Shown here piece by piece: positions 1 through 10,460 of a stretch of 64,000 nt of DNA. Every line of letters starts with the position of its first letter. Position 1 is the first letter of the stretch. The notes under the pieces are model-generated. The model saw only the letters and a list, made by a program, of their open reading frames with translations. It was not told the DNA's origin and searched no databases. A program made the translations under genes and the position numbers. Source of the stretch: a virus (taxonomy: Duplodnaviria; Caudoviricetes); the IMG/VR virus record IMGVR_UViG_3300032270_000796, positions 41,506-105,505 of that record. The stretch is one strand, 5' to 3'.

Positions 1-597
1 CTTAAGAGCTGAGTTAAATACTGCACGAGAAATTCCCGCACCAGCAGCATCGACTACACGTCCGTGTGTCTTTGCCTTCTTAACTACACCGTCAAATGAC
101 TTGTATAGTGCATCGCTTGAAAGTGATGTATCACCGTTAAGAATAACATCTTCGATGTCATTTCCTGCTTGTGTTGCCATCATACGTGCAATGTGATCTT
201 CTAGATCTGCACCTTCAATGTTGTCTTCTAGAGACTCTGTTGAAAGCTCCCAGTCCATGCGGAGTTTCTTTGTTGAAAGAGAAATTTTTGAGAAAGTAAC
301 ACCGCTGTTAGCAGCTGTGTTTTCGCCTTCGGATGCAAGCTTTACAAGCTTTTCTCCTACGGACATACGATCAATTTCTGTTGTGTCGGATTTCATTCGG
401 ACTGTACGTGCAACCTTACCAATTACGGTAGCATCGAACATATAGTCCAAGAATCGTGCTGATTGTTCTGGGTTTAGAAGTCCACCGTTGCCATTTTCTG
501 AAGCAACATGAACGCCTGAACCACCTGTTGAAGAACCGAACCCAGTTGATACTGTTGCACCAGCTGCTGCGGCCTTTTCTAATAATTCATTACTCAT
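1..597 (-). CDS. Major capsid protein (HK97-like), 5' part; runs off the window start
   Basis: Open frame from ATG at 597 (MSNELLEKAAAAG...GGLLNPEQSARFLDYMFD...WELSTESLEDNIEG) with RBS AGGTAGGTG; lies downstream of portal and protease; absent from the ORF track because truncated. Confidence 0.9.
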   Translation of the reverse strand, partial: MSNELLEKAAAAGATVSTGFGSSTGGSGVHVASENGNGGLLNPEQSARFLDYMFDATVIGKVARTVRMKSDTTEIDRMSVGEKLVKLASEGENTAANSGVTFSKISLSTKKLRMDWELSTESLEDNIEGADLEDHIARMMATQAGNDIEDVILNGDTSLSSDALYKSFDGVVKKAKTHGRVVDAAGAGISRAVFNSALK

Positions 598-618
598 TTT
601 TATTTCACCTACCTTATT

Positions 619-1185
619 TTAGTTAAAGATTTCATTTACGGAACCGAGGAAAGCTCCAGACCATTTTGATTTTGATTTGGTAAATACCTCAGACCCGCCA
701 AGGTCAGAGGACTTCTTAATTGCGGTATCGCCTTCTACGGCATCAACCTGCTTTTGAACACCATCAATGGTGCCCTTTATTTCTGTCACAGCTGCACTAA
801 GTGCACTGTGCTTTTCTGCCAACTCAGAAATTCTATCATCGACGCTCTTGCTGAAAGCTTCAACAGATGTTTTAATTTCTGTAACTTGTGCAGCATTTGC
901 TTCTGTAGCTTTTGTGAGTGTCTCTGCGAAAAAGCCTTTGAGATCGCCTAACATTTTTGCAAAATCAGGTTCATCAACCATAACTTCTACTGTATCGGCT
1001 GCTTTTTCAACGTTGTCGGCAGAGGTATCTTCAGCTGTAACTTCTACAGCTTCCAATGATTTGTCAAAAAGATCGACATTTGCTTCATCTGCTGCTGGAG
1101 CCTCTACGGCTGCTGCTTCAGTTGATTCGATTGCTGCTTCTGCTACTGGAGCTTCTGCAACATTATCAATGTTTGTATCTGACAT
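619..1185 (-). CDS. Nested in-frame scaffold protein (internal start MSDTNIDN)
   Basis: Strong RBS GAAGGAGGTAATAAAATG inside the protease gene, in frame. Confidence 0.6.
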   Translation of the reverse strand: MSDTNIDNVAEAPVAEAAIESTEAAAVEAPAADEANVDLFDKSLEAVEVTAEDTSADNVEKAADTVEVMVDEPDFAKMLGDLKGFFAETLTKATEANAAQVTEIKTSVEAFSKSVDDRISELAEKHSALSAAVTEIKGTIDGVQKQVDAVEGDTAIKKSSDLGGSEVFTKSKSKWSGAFLGSVNEIFN

Positions 1186-1971
1186 TTTATTACCTCCTTC
1201 TACGTTTGCCTGTTTTGCTAATTGTGTTTCAGGCAACGGTAATCTTGACTTCTTAAATGAAGCAAGAATCTTATCTATCTCTTTTGACTTATTAATATCT
1301 GAACTTTCTACCCAACCAATTAGCGTAGCTGGTTTTCCAGATATAGGAGAATCAAAAGTTTTTTCTGTAGACATAAACACTGAGTCGCTGTCTTCGCAAT
1401 AAAAAATATTTTCTGTCACTACATTTGTAGCAAGGCCTTTGTAAATTATTTGTCCATTAACCTTTTCGATTGATAGAATGTTACATAGCTCATTTGCTGG
1501 TGAGTCAACAATTGAAAGTTCAACAAGATCATAGTCTTTAATAAATCTTACTGCCTCTCCTGTTGCTTTGTTAACTTCATTATCAGACTCTTTAATTTTT
1601 CCGCCGATTGAAAAACCAGAAAGAGTACCATCAAGAACTTTTTCCCAAGTATCTTGTGCACCCTTTGAAATGTATGAAGTTACATAAACTCCATTGTAAA
1701 AAGTTTGAGACTTTTGATCGTAGTATGTTTCTGGCTTAAATGAAACAACTTTACCAACTGCAATTGACTGATGCATCTCACGAAGATTTCCTCTGAAATT
1801 TTCAAAAGCTTTTACGCTTGCTTCCGCTGTGACTACATCGCCTGTCTGGTCAACATTGTCTAATGTTGCAAAACCAGATACAGTTCTATTTTCTCGGTTG
1901 ACCTTAGTAAATGGAATCGACAAATGTAAGTTGTCGCCATTACTAGACCAATGGCCTTTTTCAATGTTCAT
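619..1971 (-). CDS. Prohead (capsid maturation) protease with C-terminal scaffold region
   Basis: RTVSGFAT.DNVDQTGD, LREMH, GFSIGG, ELSIVDSPAN are HK97-type protease motifs; acidic Ala/Glu-rich coiled-coil C-terminus. Confidence 0.9.
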   Translation of the reverse strand: MNIEKGHWSSNGDNLHLSIPFTKVNRENRTVSGFATLDNVDQTGDVVTAEASVKAFENFRGNLREMHQSIAVGKVVSFKPETYYDQKSQTFYNGVYVTSYISKGAQDTWEKVLDGTLSGFSIGGKIKESDNEVNKATGEAVRFIKDYDLVELSIVDSPANELCNILSIEKVNGQIIYKGLATNVVTENIFYCEDSDSVFMSTEKTFDSPISGKPATLIGWVESSDINKSKEIDKILASFKKSRLPLPETQLAKQANVEGGNKMSDTNIDNVAEAPVAEAAIESTEAAAVEAPAADEANVDLFDKSLEAVEVTAEDTSADNVEKAADTVEVMVDEPDFAKMLGDLKGFFAETLTKATEANAAQVTEIKTSVEAFSKSVDDRISELAEKHSALSAAVTEIKGTIDGVQKQVDAVEGDTAIKKSSDLGGSEVFTKSKSKWSGAFLGSVNEIFN

Positions 1972-2024
1972 ATGCTTAATTTTAGTGGTTTATCTACTAT
2001 AACGCAAATAACAGTTGATTAAAC

Positions 2025-3617
2025 TTATTTGACTTTTGGACCATCGCCTTTGGGGTTTCTGGCCTCTCCGCTTTTATCTGGGGCATTTGCGGATCTTTGC
2101 TGATCTCGCAATCTATTGCCAGTAGACTTGGCATTTTGATCAGCCACTTGCTGTGGCTTTAAATCTACCATTTCGTCCCCGCCGTCGACGGTTGTCATAT
2201 TTTTTCTAATACGGACTTCGTTAGGGGTAATTACCTGCATTCTCAAATAGATTTCATCAATACGGCTTTGGGTCTCTTCGTCTGTGAGACTGAGCTCGTT
2301 AAACTTTAATTGAACAACATCTGTTTTTTCTGCAATTAAATAATTTAATTTCTTTTCAAGTCTATCTTGTGCTGGACGGCAAACTTGCTCTTTAAATGTC
2401 TTATCCGCATCCCTAGCAGCGGCCAAGTTAATTCCTTCTGGGATACCTATTTTGCTAATTGGAACACGATGAGCCAAAAGGATTTCATCTCTATTAGACT
2501 TACGATAGATATTAAATGAAGACTCTTGCTCTCCTGCTTCAATTGGCTCCATCTTAAATTCGGTCTTTGAGTCTGGGGTATCTGCTGGAAGCGGGATATA
2601 CAATGATCTGTGGTTCTTACCCTTTAGTCCAACCTGGAAAAATTCAAGAAGTTTTCTTTCTGACTCTGGTGAAAGCTTTGCTCCCTTTACTGTAATAATA
2701 TATCTTGGGACCGCTTTATTTTCAAAGTAGTCTAAGTTATATCTACCAGCAAATTCATTTCCTGCCAGCGCTTGCTGCGCTGCAATGATGTCTGGGACTC
2801 CGTAGTAGTTGTTCATTGGAGTGTATTTCTTTAAGTGAATAATTTCATTTGGTCGATCTTCTTGTCCTGCAATTGGGCTTGTGGTTTCTAGGTCTCCAAA
2901 GTTACGGAAGAACACAGCCTTGCCGTAAAGTAGCTGAATGAATCCGTCACGGAATCTACGCACACGCATTGTTTTAGCTGGTATGTGGCCGATATAGCCT
3001 ATGTCTCCTGCTGTTGTGCGTCCTACCTCTATGTAGCCATTTCCAGTTGCCTCAAGGTCTGTGTATGCCTTTATAAGGGTCTCTGTAAAAGACTCTTCTT
3101 CATTGCAATCATCAAGCCATTTGTCTAGCTGTGTTTTAATTCTATCAATTTTTGCACGGGCCCTATCTAATTGTTTGTCATCATTAATGGCATCCATTGC
3201 ATCTTTAGCCTTTGATGTTTCTGCGAACATGTATCCAAGACCAACAATATTTGAAACCTTTGCATTAATTGCTGCGTAGTTATATGTTGACACTTCATAA
3301 ATTTTTGATAAATACTCTAAATTATAAGTTGGCTCTACAAGATCAAATAATGCATACCCGCTAATTGCTTGCTGCAAAAGGTTTTGTTGTGTACCGACGC
3401 CAGAAGTTCCTACAAAGGCTTTTGAAAAATCACGGTTAATTTTACGTTTAAAGTTTGTTCCAAGGCCTCTTAGCTTTTTAATCTCATCTAGGCCTATCTT
3501 GAATGGATCTTCGTGCTCCTCTGATTTTTGAAAATGGAACCAGTCTGAGGTGTTAGATATATCGATAGTGTTTCCATTATCAATCTCGTCTTCTAAAAAT
3601 TCTACTTTTCTATTCAT
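2025..3617 (-). CDS. Portal protein
   Basis: GNGYIEV, EIIHLKKY..YYGVP, YFENKAVP, AHRVPISKIG, ITPNEVR portal motifs; adjacent to protease and capsid. Confidence 0.92.
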   Translation of the reverse strand: MNRKVEFLEDEIDNGNTIDISNTSDWFHFQKSEEHEDPFKIGLDEIKKLRGLGTNFKRKINRDFSKAFVGTSGVGTQQNLLQQAISGYALFDLVEPTYNLEYLSKIYEVSTYNYAAINAKVSNIVGLGYMFAETSKAKDAMDAINDDKQLDRARAKIDRIKTQLDKWLDDCNEEESFTETLIKAYTDLEATGNGYIEVGRTTAGDIGYIGHIPAKTMRVRRFRDGFIQLLYGKAVFFRNFGDLETTSPIAGQEDRPNEIIHLKKYTPMNNYYGVPDIIAAQQALAGNEFAGRYNLDYFENKAVPRYIITVKGAKLSPESERKLLEFFQVGLKGKNHRSLYIPLPADTPDSKTEFKMEPIEAGEQESSFNIYRKSNRDEILLAHRVPISKIGIPEGINLAAARDADKTFKEQVCRPAQDRLEKKLNYLIAEKTDVVQLKFNELSLTDEETQSRIDEIYLRMQVITPNEVRIRKNMTTVDGGDEMVDLKPQQVADQNAKSTGNRLRDQQRSANAPDKSGEARNPKGDGPKVK

Positions 3618-3960
3618 GAACTTTACCGCCTCTTAGTACTGAGTCTTTGTAGACTCCGATATCGTATGGATCTGGTGGGAGTCCCCACTTAAGTCTTTGT
3701 TCTTGTTCTTCAAGCTCTTCGTCATTAATTTTTCTGCGTCCAGATAAGAACTTGGGTTGGCCGACATCAATACCAAATGAGCGAACCTCTCTAGCCAAAG
3801 CATCGATTCTGGATCTATTGCCTTTGATTGACGTGATCGAAAGAAAATTCCCATCGTCATCTCCAATCCACCTACCATCAGGCATTTCCCACACATAGAT
3901 TCCTAGGGTTGTCTCTTCAACAATCCTGGTATTTTTCTTTAAGATATCCATAGACCACAA
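3610..3960 (-). CDS. Hypothetical protein (head module)
   Basis: ORF overlapping the portal start, same strand. Confidence 0.65.
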   Translation of the reverse strand: MWSMDILKKNTRIVEETTLGIYVWEMPDGRWIGDDDGNFLSITSIKGNRSRIDALAREVRSFGIDVGQPKFLSGRRKINDEELEEQEQRLKWGLPPDPYDIGVYKDSVLRGGKVHE

Positions 3961-4009
3961 TCATACCATTATCTGGTGCCAAAGTCCATATTTTGTAACA
4001 GATAATACA

Positions 4010-5839
4010 CTAAATTACAATATTTGAACTAGCAAATTCAATAGAGTAAACCGAGTACGGGGTTAAGTCATTCCCTGATGTAGATTCTGATATGGAGAGC
4101 TGTTCTGATCCAACAGAATTTGACCAATTACCAATATAATAGTTATAATGCCTTAATATTTGTCCAGATGTCAATACTGATGGGTAGATGGCTATATTGT
4201 TATACTTAGATCCTACCCCGTATACAGTCCCGCCAACATTCTGATTGATCTTAATTATGCCAGAAGTGGCACCTGATAGGGTGATGACTATGTGATGGGG
4301 AAACCCAACCGTAAAGTAATTTGAGACATTTGTCTGGCTTGTCACATTTTGTCCGTTTACATATATTTCAGACACTCCGCTTTTATTTATAGTGCCATCA
4401 GATGACCATTCAAATATCTTGGAGCCATTTGAGAATAAAACATTTTTCCCAGATCCAGGTGTATATATCATTTCAATGCTTCTTGTTGCTACTGTGGAGT
4501 CTATATTAAACCCGCCAATATCATGCATGGACAGCCCATTATTTTTGTTATAAGATAAGATTCTTTCGTTATATCTAGACAGGTCATAGTCTTGATCTGA
4601 ATATATTCTATCCCCAGAATTATCTGCGTAGTAGTCTAAATTATTAAAGAAATCAATTGAAAGAGATTCAATTTTTGGAATATCAAAAGACGTGTCATCT
4701 GATGACATTGTTGTCTTAATATATACACGCTCATTTGTTGTTAAATCATTTTTGCTGAAGTAGGGCAAAGACTTATTATTCTGACAAGGCTGCCAACTAG
4801 TAAGACCATCTAAACTAATTTCAACAGATATATTATCGTAGTCTGGAGAGTAAGTTAGCTGTGAGCTATTTATTCCAATTCCTGAAGGCACTAGTATTTC
4901 TTGTGTAAAGCTAAAGCTGGCTGACTGTGCCGTATCTGTTTTTGCAAATGTTATGTAGTCATGGTCTATAGATAGTATGGCATCTCCGCTAGTTAATTCC
5001 GACCATTTAGTTGCAGATGGATAGTAGTACTGTTTAACGGGCATTATTTTTGAATGATTTAGAGTAAATAAAACTCCACCATCTGGCTCTACTATTTGCA
5101 AATGATTTAGCTCATATGAACCAGAGTCATAATGATTTTGTATTTTGCTTTCTGATAAAGCATATCTATAGAATGCAACGCAGTCTATAACAAATGGCTC
5201 AATTTCATTCGATGGTCCAGACATAAAAGAAATTGTCTGGCTATCAAAAGGATATTCTTCTGGGATACTCTTTGTTGATTTGTTGATTCCATTTACATAT
5301 AACAAAATTGAAGATCCGTTATACACCGCAGATATATACGATGCAAAAGTTTTTTCTATTTTAGCTACTGCGATTGCCGACCCTATATAGAATAATACGT
5401 TGCCGTCTTTATAGGTTAGTCCAATTAAATTAGACGTATCAAATGCCAATGGTATTTCATTTGTAGAATTTTGTGGTGGCTTAAACCACAAGTCTATAGA
5501 AAATGGATTATTCTTATATATAGACGTTGCCATTCCTGGCGTATAATATATTATTTTTGTATCTGAGTTCATTTTAGTTCCAGATATAGATCCTGGCACA
5601 AGTGGCATTAGTATTGAATTTGATGAGTTAAATGAGACTCCATTGTTGCCGCTTCCTGAATAGTCATAAACTACTGCTCCGCCTAAGTTTGCATAAGATA
5701 TGCCATTATCTCTTAAGTCTGCGTATGTGGGGTATTGAGTTCTAAGTGCATCGTAGGATACTGTTGTTCCAGATATAACTTCGTCTAGCAGGTAGAATGA
5801 TGTTGGGTGGTCATTTAAGACTACGCTTTTGTATGACAT
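4010..5839 (-). CDS. Virion structural protein with LamG/ConA-like domains
   Basis: YDYSGSGNNG, FSIDLWFKP, LYVNG, IDCVAFYRYALS..I..HY pattern, repeated at the C-terminus. Confidence 0.7.
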   Translation of the reverse strand: MSYKSVVLNDHPTSFYLLDEVISGTTVSYDALRTQYPTYADLRDNGISYANLGGAVVYDYSGSGNNGVSFNSSNSILMPLVPGSISGTKMNSDTKIIYYTPGMATSIYKNNPFSIDLWFKPPQNSTNEIPLAFDTSNLIGLTYKDGNVLFYIGSAIAVAKIEKTFASYISAVYNGSSILLYVNGINKSTKSIPEEYPFDSQTISFMSGPSNEIEPFVIDCVAFYRYALSESKIQNHYDSGSYELNHLQIVEPDGGVLFTLNHSKIMPVKQYYYPSATKWSELTSGDAILSIDHDYITFAKTDTAQSASFSFTQEILVPSGIGINSSQLTYSPDYDNISVEISLDGLTSWQPCQNNKSLPYFSKNDLTTNERVYIKTTMSSDDTSFDIPKIESLSIDFFNNLDYYADNSGDRIYSDQDYDLSRYNERILSYNKNNGLSMHDIGGFNIDSTVATRSIEMIYTPGSGKNVLFSNGSKIFEWSSDGTINKSGVSEIYVNGQNVTSQTNVSNYFTVGFPHHIVITLSGATSGIIKINQNVGGTVYGVGSKYNNIAIYPSVLTSGQILRHYNYYIGNWSNSVGSEQLSISESTSGNDLTPYSVYSIEFASSNIVI

Positions 5840-5846
5840 CCCGAAC

Positions 5847-6947
5847 CTACTTTTCTTCTAGTAATTTTACTCTTGCTGTAAGTTCTTGGACTGCTTTAAT
5901 TAGTGGAGAAATAAATTCTTCGTATCTTAATGCTTGCTGTCCTTCTGGATCATTCACATCAGAAATTACCCAACCGCCAAAGTCTGCAATGTTAGCTTCA
6001 TCTAATACAGACTTAACCTGTTGTGCAATTAATCCGTAATGTGTTCTGTCCCCGCCAACTTTATTATATTTAACTGCGCTAAGGTTATTAATGAAACTTA
6101 ATCCTAAATCTGATGCCGCTATATTCTCTTTTGTTCTTTCGTCAGAAATTACTGTTGCTGCTGTATTTAAATATATATTTTTCCAAGCTCTTGTAACGTT
6201 ATCTGGGCCAGAGTTAATAGGTCCTAATAGGCCTAAAGAAAATGAATTTGTTACGAATGGATACCACGATGAGTTTACTCCAGTTGATGAAGTTGCTGTT
6301 GTTTGCAAAGCAATTCTTGTTGCAATCGGATCTATAACTGCATTTGATCCTGATGGACCTGCTGGGCCTGTTGGGCCTTGTGCGCCATCTGCTCCACGAG
6401 GAATTACAAAATCTAATAAAACTGCACTAGATGTTCCAGTATTTGTAACTGTTGCGCTAGTTCCTGCTGCTGATGTGGTTGTTGAATTTACAGATATAGT
6501 TGCTGCAGCATCTCCTTTGGGGCCTGTTGTGCCTGTAGCACCAGTTGCTCCAGTATCTCCCTTTGGTAGAACTAAATTTAAAACTTGAGACGGAGATGTA
6601 CCAGTTATAGTTGCAGATGCTGTCACTCCTGCTGTGACTGTTCCAATAGATAAAACATTAGACGGTCCAGGACCTCCCAAAATTCCATCTTGTCCTCTTG
6701 GAATGTTAAAAATTAAAGATTGCGATGGGGATGTTCCAGTAATCGTTACAGATGCATTTTGGCCAGCACTGAGTGTATTCGTTGCAGATACAGTTAAAAC
6801 ATTTGATGGGCCAGTTAATCCTTGCGGACCAGGATGTGCTGCTATGTATGTTGCAATATCTTCGCCTAAAATACCAAGATCCCTAGGTACATCGGGTGAA
6901 TCCGAGTAACTTGGGAAGTGCCATCCATTAACGCCTACTGTTGCCAT
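5847..6947 (-). CDS. Tail fibre with collagen-like segments and C-terminal S74 intramolecular chaperone
   Basis: GxY triplets; SDERTKENI...YGLIAQQV...LRYEEFISPLIKAVQEL. Confidence 0.8.
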   Translation of the reverse strand: MATVGVNGWHFPSYSDSPDVPRDLGILGEDIATYIAAHPGPQGLTGPSNVLTVSATNTLSAGQNASVTITGTSPSQSLIFNIPRGQDGILGGPGPSNVLSIGTVTAGVTASATITGTSPSQVLNLVLPKGDTGATGATGTTGPKGDAAATISVNSTTTSAAGTSATVTNTGTSSAVLLDFVIPRGADGAQGPTGPAGPSGSNAVIDPIATRIALQTTATSSTGVNSSWYPFVTNSFSLGLLGPINSGPDNVTRAWKNIYLNTAATVISDERTKENIAASDLGLSFINNLSAVKYNKVGGDRTHYGLIAQQVKSVLDEANIADFGGWVISDVNDPEGQQALRYEEFISPLIKAVQELTARVKLLEEK

Positions 6948-6963
6948 TTTTTAATTATACCAC

Positions 6964-7581
6964 CTATGAAATTATCTTACTTCTTTTAAACATGAATGCT
7001 GGGCACATATACTTATTGCCAGAAACAAGTGGAGTTGAGGCATGAAAATATGGTTTTACTGAAGGGAATATGACGAGGCTGCCAGCCTCTGGCTTAATCT
7101 TTATATCTTGTTCTGGGAATGCCAAGTCGCCTCCAACATAGTCATCATTTAAATAAAGAACAATTGAGGCAGTTAGTCTTGCCTCATCGTCATCTTCTTC
7201 ACAATCTATGTGGGGCCCCATTTGAGCTGGTGGGAAATACTTTCTTATTGTAACTTCATTCGGTAAAAACCCTAAATCTTTATTTAAAGATTCGGAATAG
7301 TCTGCTACGCACAAATTAATTGCATTAAGTATTGTAGCCACAATTAAAGCATATCTTTTATCTATATCGTTGTTTGACTGTGGGGCAGTGAACGCACCAG
7401 ACTTGTATTCTCCAAAAATATCATTTGGGTTATTGCTTGATGTCCATCTCATCCATTTTGTTAAATGAGCATTTTCTTGAGATAGGCTGTCTAGTCTTTC
7501 AATTTCTTTTACAAACTCGTTTGGGTTGGCAATAACATTTTTATAATAATAAATGTTATTATCAAGAAGTTCTTTTATCAT
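6964..7581 (-). CDS. Fe(II)/2-oxoglutarate oxygenase, prolyl-4-hydroxylase-like
   Basis: HID...YLNDDYVGGDLAF...FHASTPL..GNKY; start moved to the ATG overlapping the upstream stop. Confidence 0.85.
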   Translation of the reverse strand: MIKELLDNNIYYYKNVIANPNEFVKEIERLDSLSQENAHLTKWMRWTSSNNPNDIFGEYKSGAFTAPQSNNDIDKRYALIVATILNAINLCVADYSESLNKDLGFLPNEVTIRKYFPPAQMGPHIDCEEDDDEARLTASIVLYLNDDYVGGDLAFPEQDIKIKPEAGSLVIFPSVKPYFHASTPLVSGNKYMCPAFMFKRSKIIS

Positions 7582-8276
7582 TCTCTGCCTTCTGGCATTA
7601 CTGGTTTGCCTTCTGGTGTTGCCCACTTTTTATAAATCTTTTCTTGTTCTGCTCTTACTGCCTTTAATTCTGTTGCCCAAGCTTCTCTCTGCTCTTCAGT
7701 ATATTCTATGCTAGCGTCGTCCCAAAATGAACCGATTGTATATCTTATGCCACCCTTTACTGTAGTAACCATATGCTCTCGTGTATGTCCACCAGCAAAT
7801 ATTGCAGTTAGACCAACCTTTGGCTTTATGTCGATATCGCTATCTTTAAACTTTAGGTGACCACCTTCAAAATCATCATTTAAATAAATAAATACCGCAT
7901 ACTTACTTCTTTCAAATGCTGTAGGGTTCCCAAGTTCATCTGAGTTGTCGGAATGATAGTCTGCAAAAGCGCCCTCAATCCATCTCTGTGCATGGTAGCT
8001 AACTTCAGAAACTTCAAACCCTAAAAGCTCTTCAGTCTTTGCTTTTATTTTTTCTTTGAGCTGATTAAAGAAATCTTCTGGCAAACCAAAAAGTTTTAAA
8101 TTAGGGTCTGAAGGCCAGTATCCCATAGCTTCTGATCCGTAAAATGATATCTCATTCCACTTTAATATCTTGTTTTCAACCAAAAAATCAAAATAATTTA
8201 TAATAGCAGAACAGGTTTTTTGATCTACAAAATTTTCTACTATAAAGAATTCATCTCTTATTTTTGGAATTGGCAT
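7578..8276 (-). CDS. Fe(II)/2OG oxygenase, P4H-like
   Basis: HSD...YLNDDFEGGHL...HMVTTVKGGIRY. Confidence 0.88.
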   Translation of the reverse strand: MPIPKIRDEFFIVENFVDQKTCSAIINYFDFLVENKILKWNEISFYGSEAMGYWPSDPNLKLFGLPEDFFNQLKEKIKAKTEELLGFEVSEVSYHAQRWIEGAFADYHSDNSDELGNPTAFERSKYAVFIYLNDDFEGGHLKFKDSDIDIKPKVGLTAIFAGGHTREHMVTTVKGGIRYTIGSFWDDASIEYTEEQREAWATELKAVRAEQEKIYKKWATPEGKPVMPEGRE

Positions 8277-8277
8277 G

Positions 8278-9060
8278 TCAGTATCCTAAATTCTTTCTTT
8301 CAGAATATCTCATGTTTGCTGGGTTTTCTCTTTCAATTCTTTTTTGCTCCATCTTAGCCCATGTATAAGCTCCATAGTGCTTTTGATTTGCAATCCATTG
8401 TGGGTGACCATCATAATAGTATTGGATAAAGTTTCTTATAAAGAACTTGTTGCCATTTCTAATTGTTCTTACTCCATGGAAATAAGGGTCTTGTGAAGGG
8501 AATACAAGGATGTCTCCAGCTTTTGGCTTATATGGAAAATATTCTTCTCCTATATAAAACTCAATGTCTCCACCCTCATAATCATCATTGATGTAAGTTG
8601 TACATGTAAGCAAAAACTTTGGACCAGGCATATCTCTTTCTGAAATAATAAAGTCTGTATGGTACTGCATTGACATTTCATTGCCCATTGTATCAACATT
8701 TGCATCATATTTTGAAAAAGATGATGTCATCAATTTAGCTGATTCTGGCAATACAACCCCGTATGTCTTTTTGTAATCTTCGATAGCAGTATTATAAGCC
8801 TCATAGACTCTATCTGAAAGCATCTTTTCTTCATCGTATCTTTGGCCGAATTCTCTAGGCTCATCTTCGTTATGTTTTTGTTGAGAGTATGTTCCAAATA
8901 TTGACCACTCGTCCCAATTTCTTAAATAGTATCTGCCTTCTGCATCGTGATCTGACTCTTTCATGATTCTATACAGCTCGTCAGCATCTGGGAGAAGCCC
9001 CTGGTATATTCTTACATTTGGCAAAAGCTCAAAAGATGTATACTCATAATTATTTGTCAT
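8278..9060 (-). CDS. Fe(II)/2OG oxygenase, P4H-like
   Basis: HTD...YINDDYEGGDIEF...HGVRTIRNGNK. Confidence 0.88.
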   Translation of the reverse strand: MTNNYEYTSFELLPNVRIYQGLLPDADELYRIMKESDHDAEGRYYLRNWDEWSIFGTYSQQKHNEDEPREFGQRYDEEKMLSDRVYEAYNTAIEDYKKTYGVVLPESAKLMTSSFSKYDANVDTMGNEMSMQYHTDFIISERDMPGPKFLLTCTTYINDDYEGGDIEFYIGEEYFPYKPKAGDILVFPSQDPYFHGVRTIRNGNKFFIRNFIQYYYDGHPQWIANQKHYGAYTWAKMEQKRIERENPANMRYSERKNLGY

Positions 9061-9724
9061 TGTCTACTCTACCTAATCTAGTTATTGTCCAAAAGAATGG
9101 TGCGGTATATCTTGTTCCGCTTGTTACTTTTGTTACCCCATGAATATAGTTCTTATCTCCTGGGAAAAAATATGCAGCCCTTGGCTTTGGCTTAAACTTT
9201 ATATTTTGCAATGGGAAGAATAGCTCTCCACCTTCATAATCGTCATTTAGATAGAATACGGTTCCTATGTCATACCAAGGAAACTCATTTTCTGTTCCAG
9301 CATCTGGGCCTTCGTGCAGCTCTTTATCCGCATGTGGGAATTGCATTGCTCCTACTGGCCACCGTACTATAGCTGCATCAGTAGGTGAAACTTCTACATC
9401 AAACTTCTCTCTAATGTAAGGAGTCATTCTTTTTATAACAAGATTTAATATTCTAACAACTTCTGGATCAGCTTTCATTAGGGAGTCTTTTGTTGCAACT
9501 CTATCTTCCCATACTCTGTGGTCATAAATAATATTTCCGTTTTCGTTCCACTGTGACTCTGTGACGTCCCAAATTTTGTTGTTTCTTGCAAAATTTAAAA
9601 GATATTCTTGCTCTTCTAGCGTAACCATGTCTTCTAGCTCTACTACATTGTCTGGGGAGTTCCCGAAATGACCAGATGGGGTAATTGACATTCTTGCAAA
9701 CCTAGCTCTTTTTGTGTATTCCAT
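9050..9724 (-). CDS. Fe(II)/2OG oxygenase, P4H-like
   Basis: HAD...YLNDDYEGGELFF...HGVTKVTSGTRY. Confidence 0.9.
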   Translation of the reverse strand: MEYTKRARFARMSITPSGHFGNSPDNVVELEDMVTLEEQEYLLNFARNNKIWDVTESQWNENGNIIYDHRVWEDRVATKDSLMKADPEVVRILNLVIKRMTPYIREKFDVEVSPTDAAIVRWPVGAMQFPHADKELHEGPDAGTENEFPWYDIGTVFYLNDDYEGGELFFPLQNIKFKPKPRAAYFFPGDKNYIHGVTKVTSGTRYTAPFFWTITRLGRVDNDK

Positions 9725-9731
9725 TTTTCAC

Positions 9732-10460
9732 CTATTCATATTTCTTTAAAGACCTGACGTTGAGCTTATACGCTCCACCATCTTTTGTTCTAAACTTTTT
9801 TGCCTGCTGGTTGTGCCTTTTTTCTATTTCATCTTTAGAATAGAATTTCTTTTCCATTTTCCAGTCTTCTCTTCTGTATGGTATTAACTGCATGTAAGGT
9901 GTTCCTGCTGGAATGGTGCCCTCAAAATCTTTTTTAAGAAAAAATGGCATTAGGCCAGGAGTATCCATCTTATCATTATCTATTATAGCAGAAGTGGTAA
10001 TAAATGGTAAATCAAATCTATTTATTGGATGAATGTACATTACGCTATATCCATCTGGAACGGATGGTGCCCAGTTTGGATACCAGTGAAAATGATAGTC
10101 ATCGCATCCAATTGGTGTTGGGAAACTTTTCATTGGCTGTCTCACTCCTATAAAATCTTCATAGCCAGCTTCCGTTTTTGCAAAAGTAGTTCCATCTGTA
10201 TTCTTTTTAAAAGTTATATTACATGGTGTTACGTAAACATATCCGCTTATAAATATATCAAGTAGTCCTGGGCATGATCTAAATGTTCTTACTGGGCCGC
10301 CCTCTGTATTTAGATATGGCTCCTGGGTATTTGGGTCAATTTCAAATTTTGGAGCATCCTTAAACCATTCTGGCATTAAAGACTTTGTAGTTTGCGGGGC
10401 ATACGAATCAGAAATAATGTTATATAGTCTATTAGAATGAAATGTTATTTTATTTGTCAT
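9732..10460 (-). CDS. DUF6065-like protein
   Basis: PEWFK...TFRSCPG...GY; HPINRFDLPF...IIDND...IPAGTPYMQLIP; family recalled from motifs. Confidence 0.55.
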   Translation of the reverse strand: MTNKITFHSNRLYNIISDSYAPQTTKSLMPEWFKDAPKFEIDPNTQEPYLNTEGGPVRTFRSCPGLLDIFISGYVYVTPCNITFKKNTDGTTFAKTEAGYEDFIGVRQPMKSFPTPIGCDDYHFHWYPNWAPSVPDGYSVMYIHPINRFDLPFITTSAIIDNDKMDTPGLMPFFLKKDFEGTIPAGTPYMQLIPYRREDWKMEKKFYSKDEIEKRHNQQAKKFRTKDGGAYKLNVRSLKKYE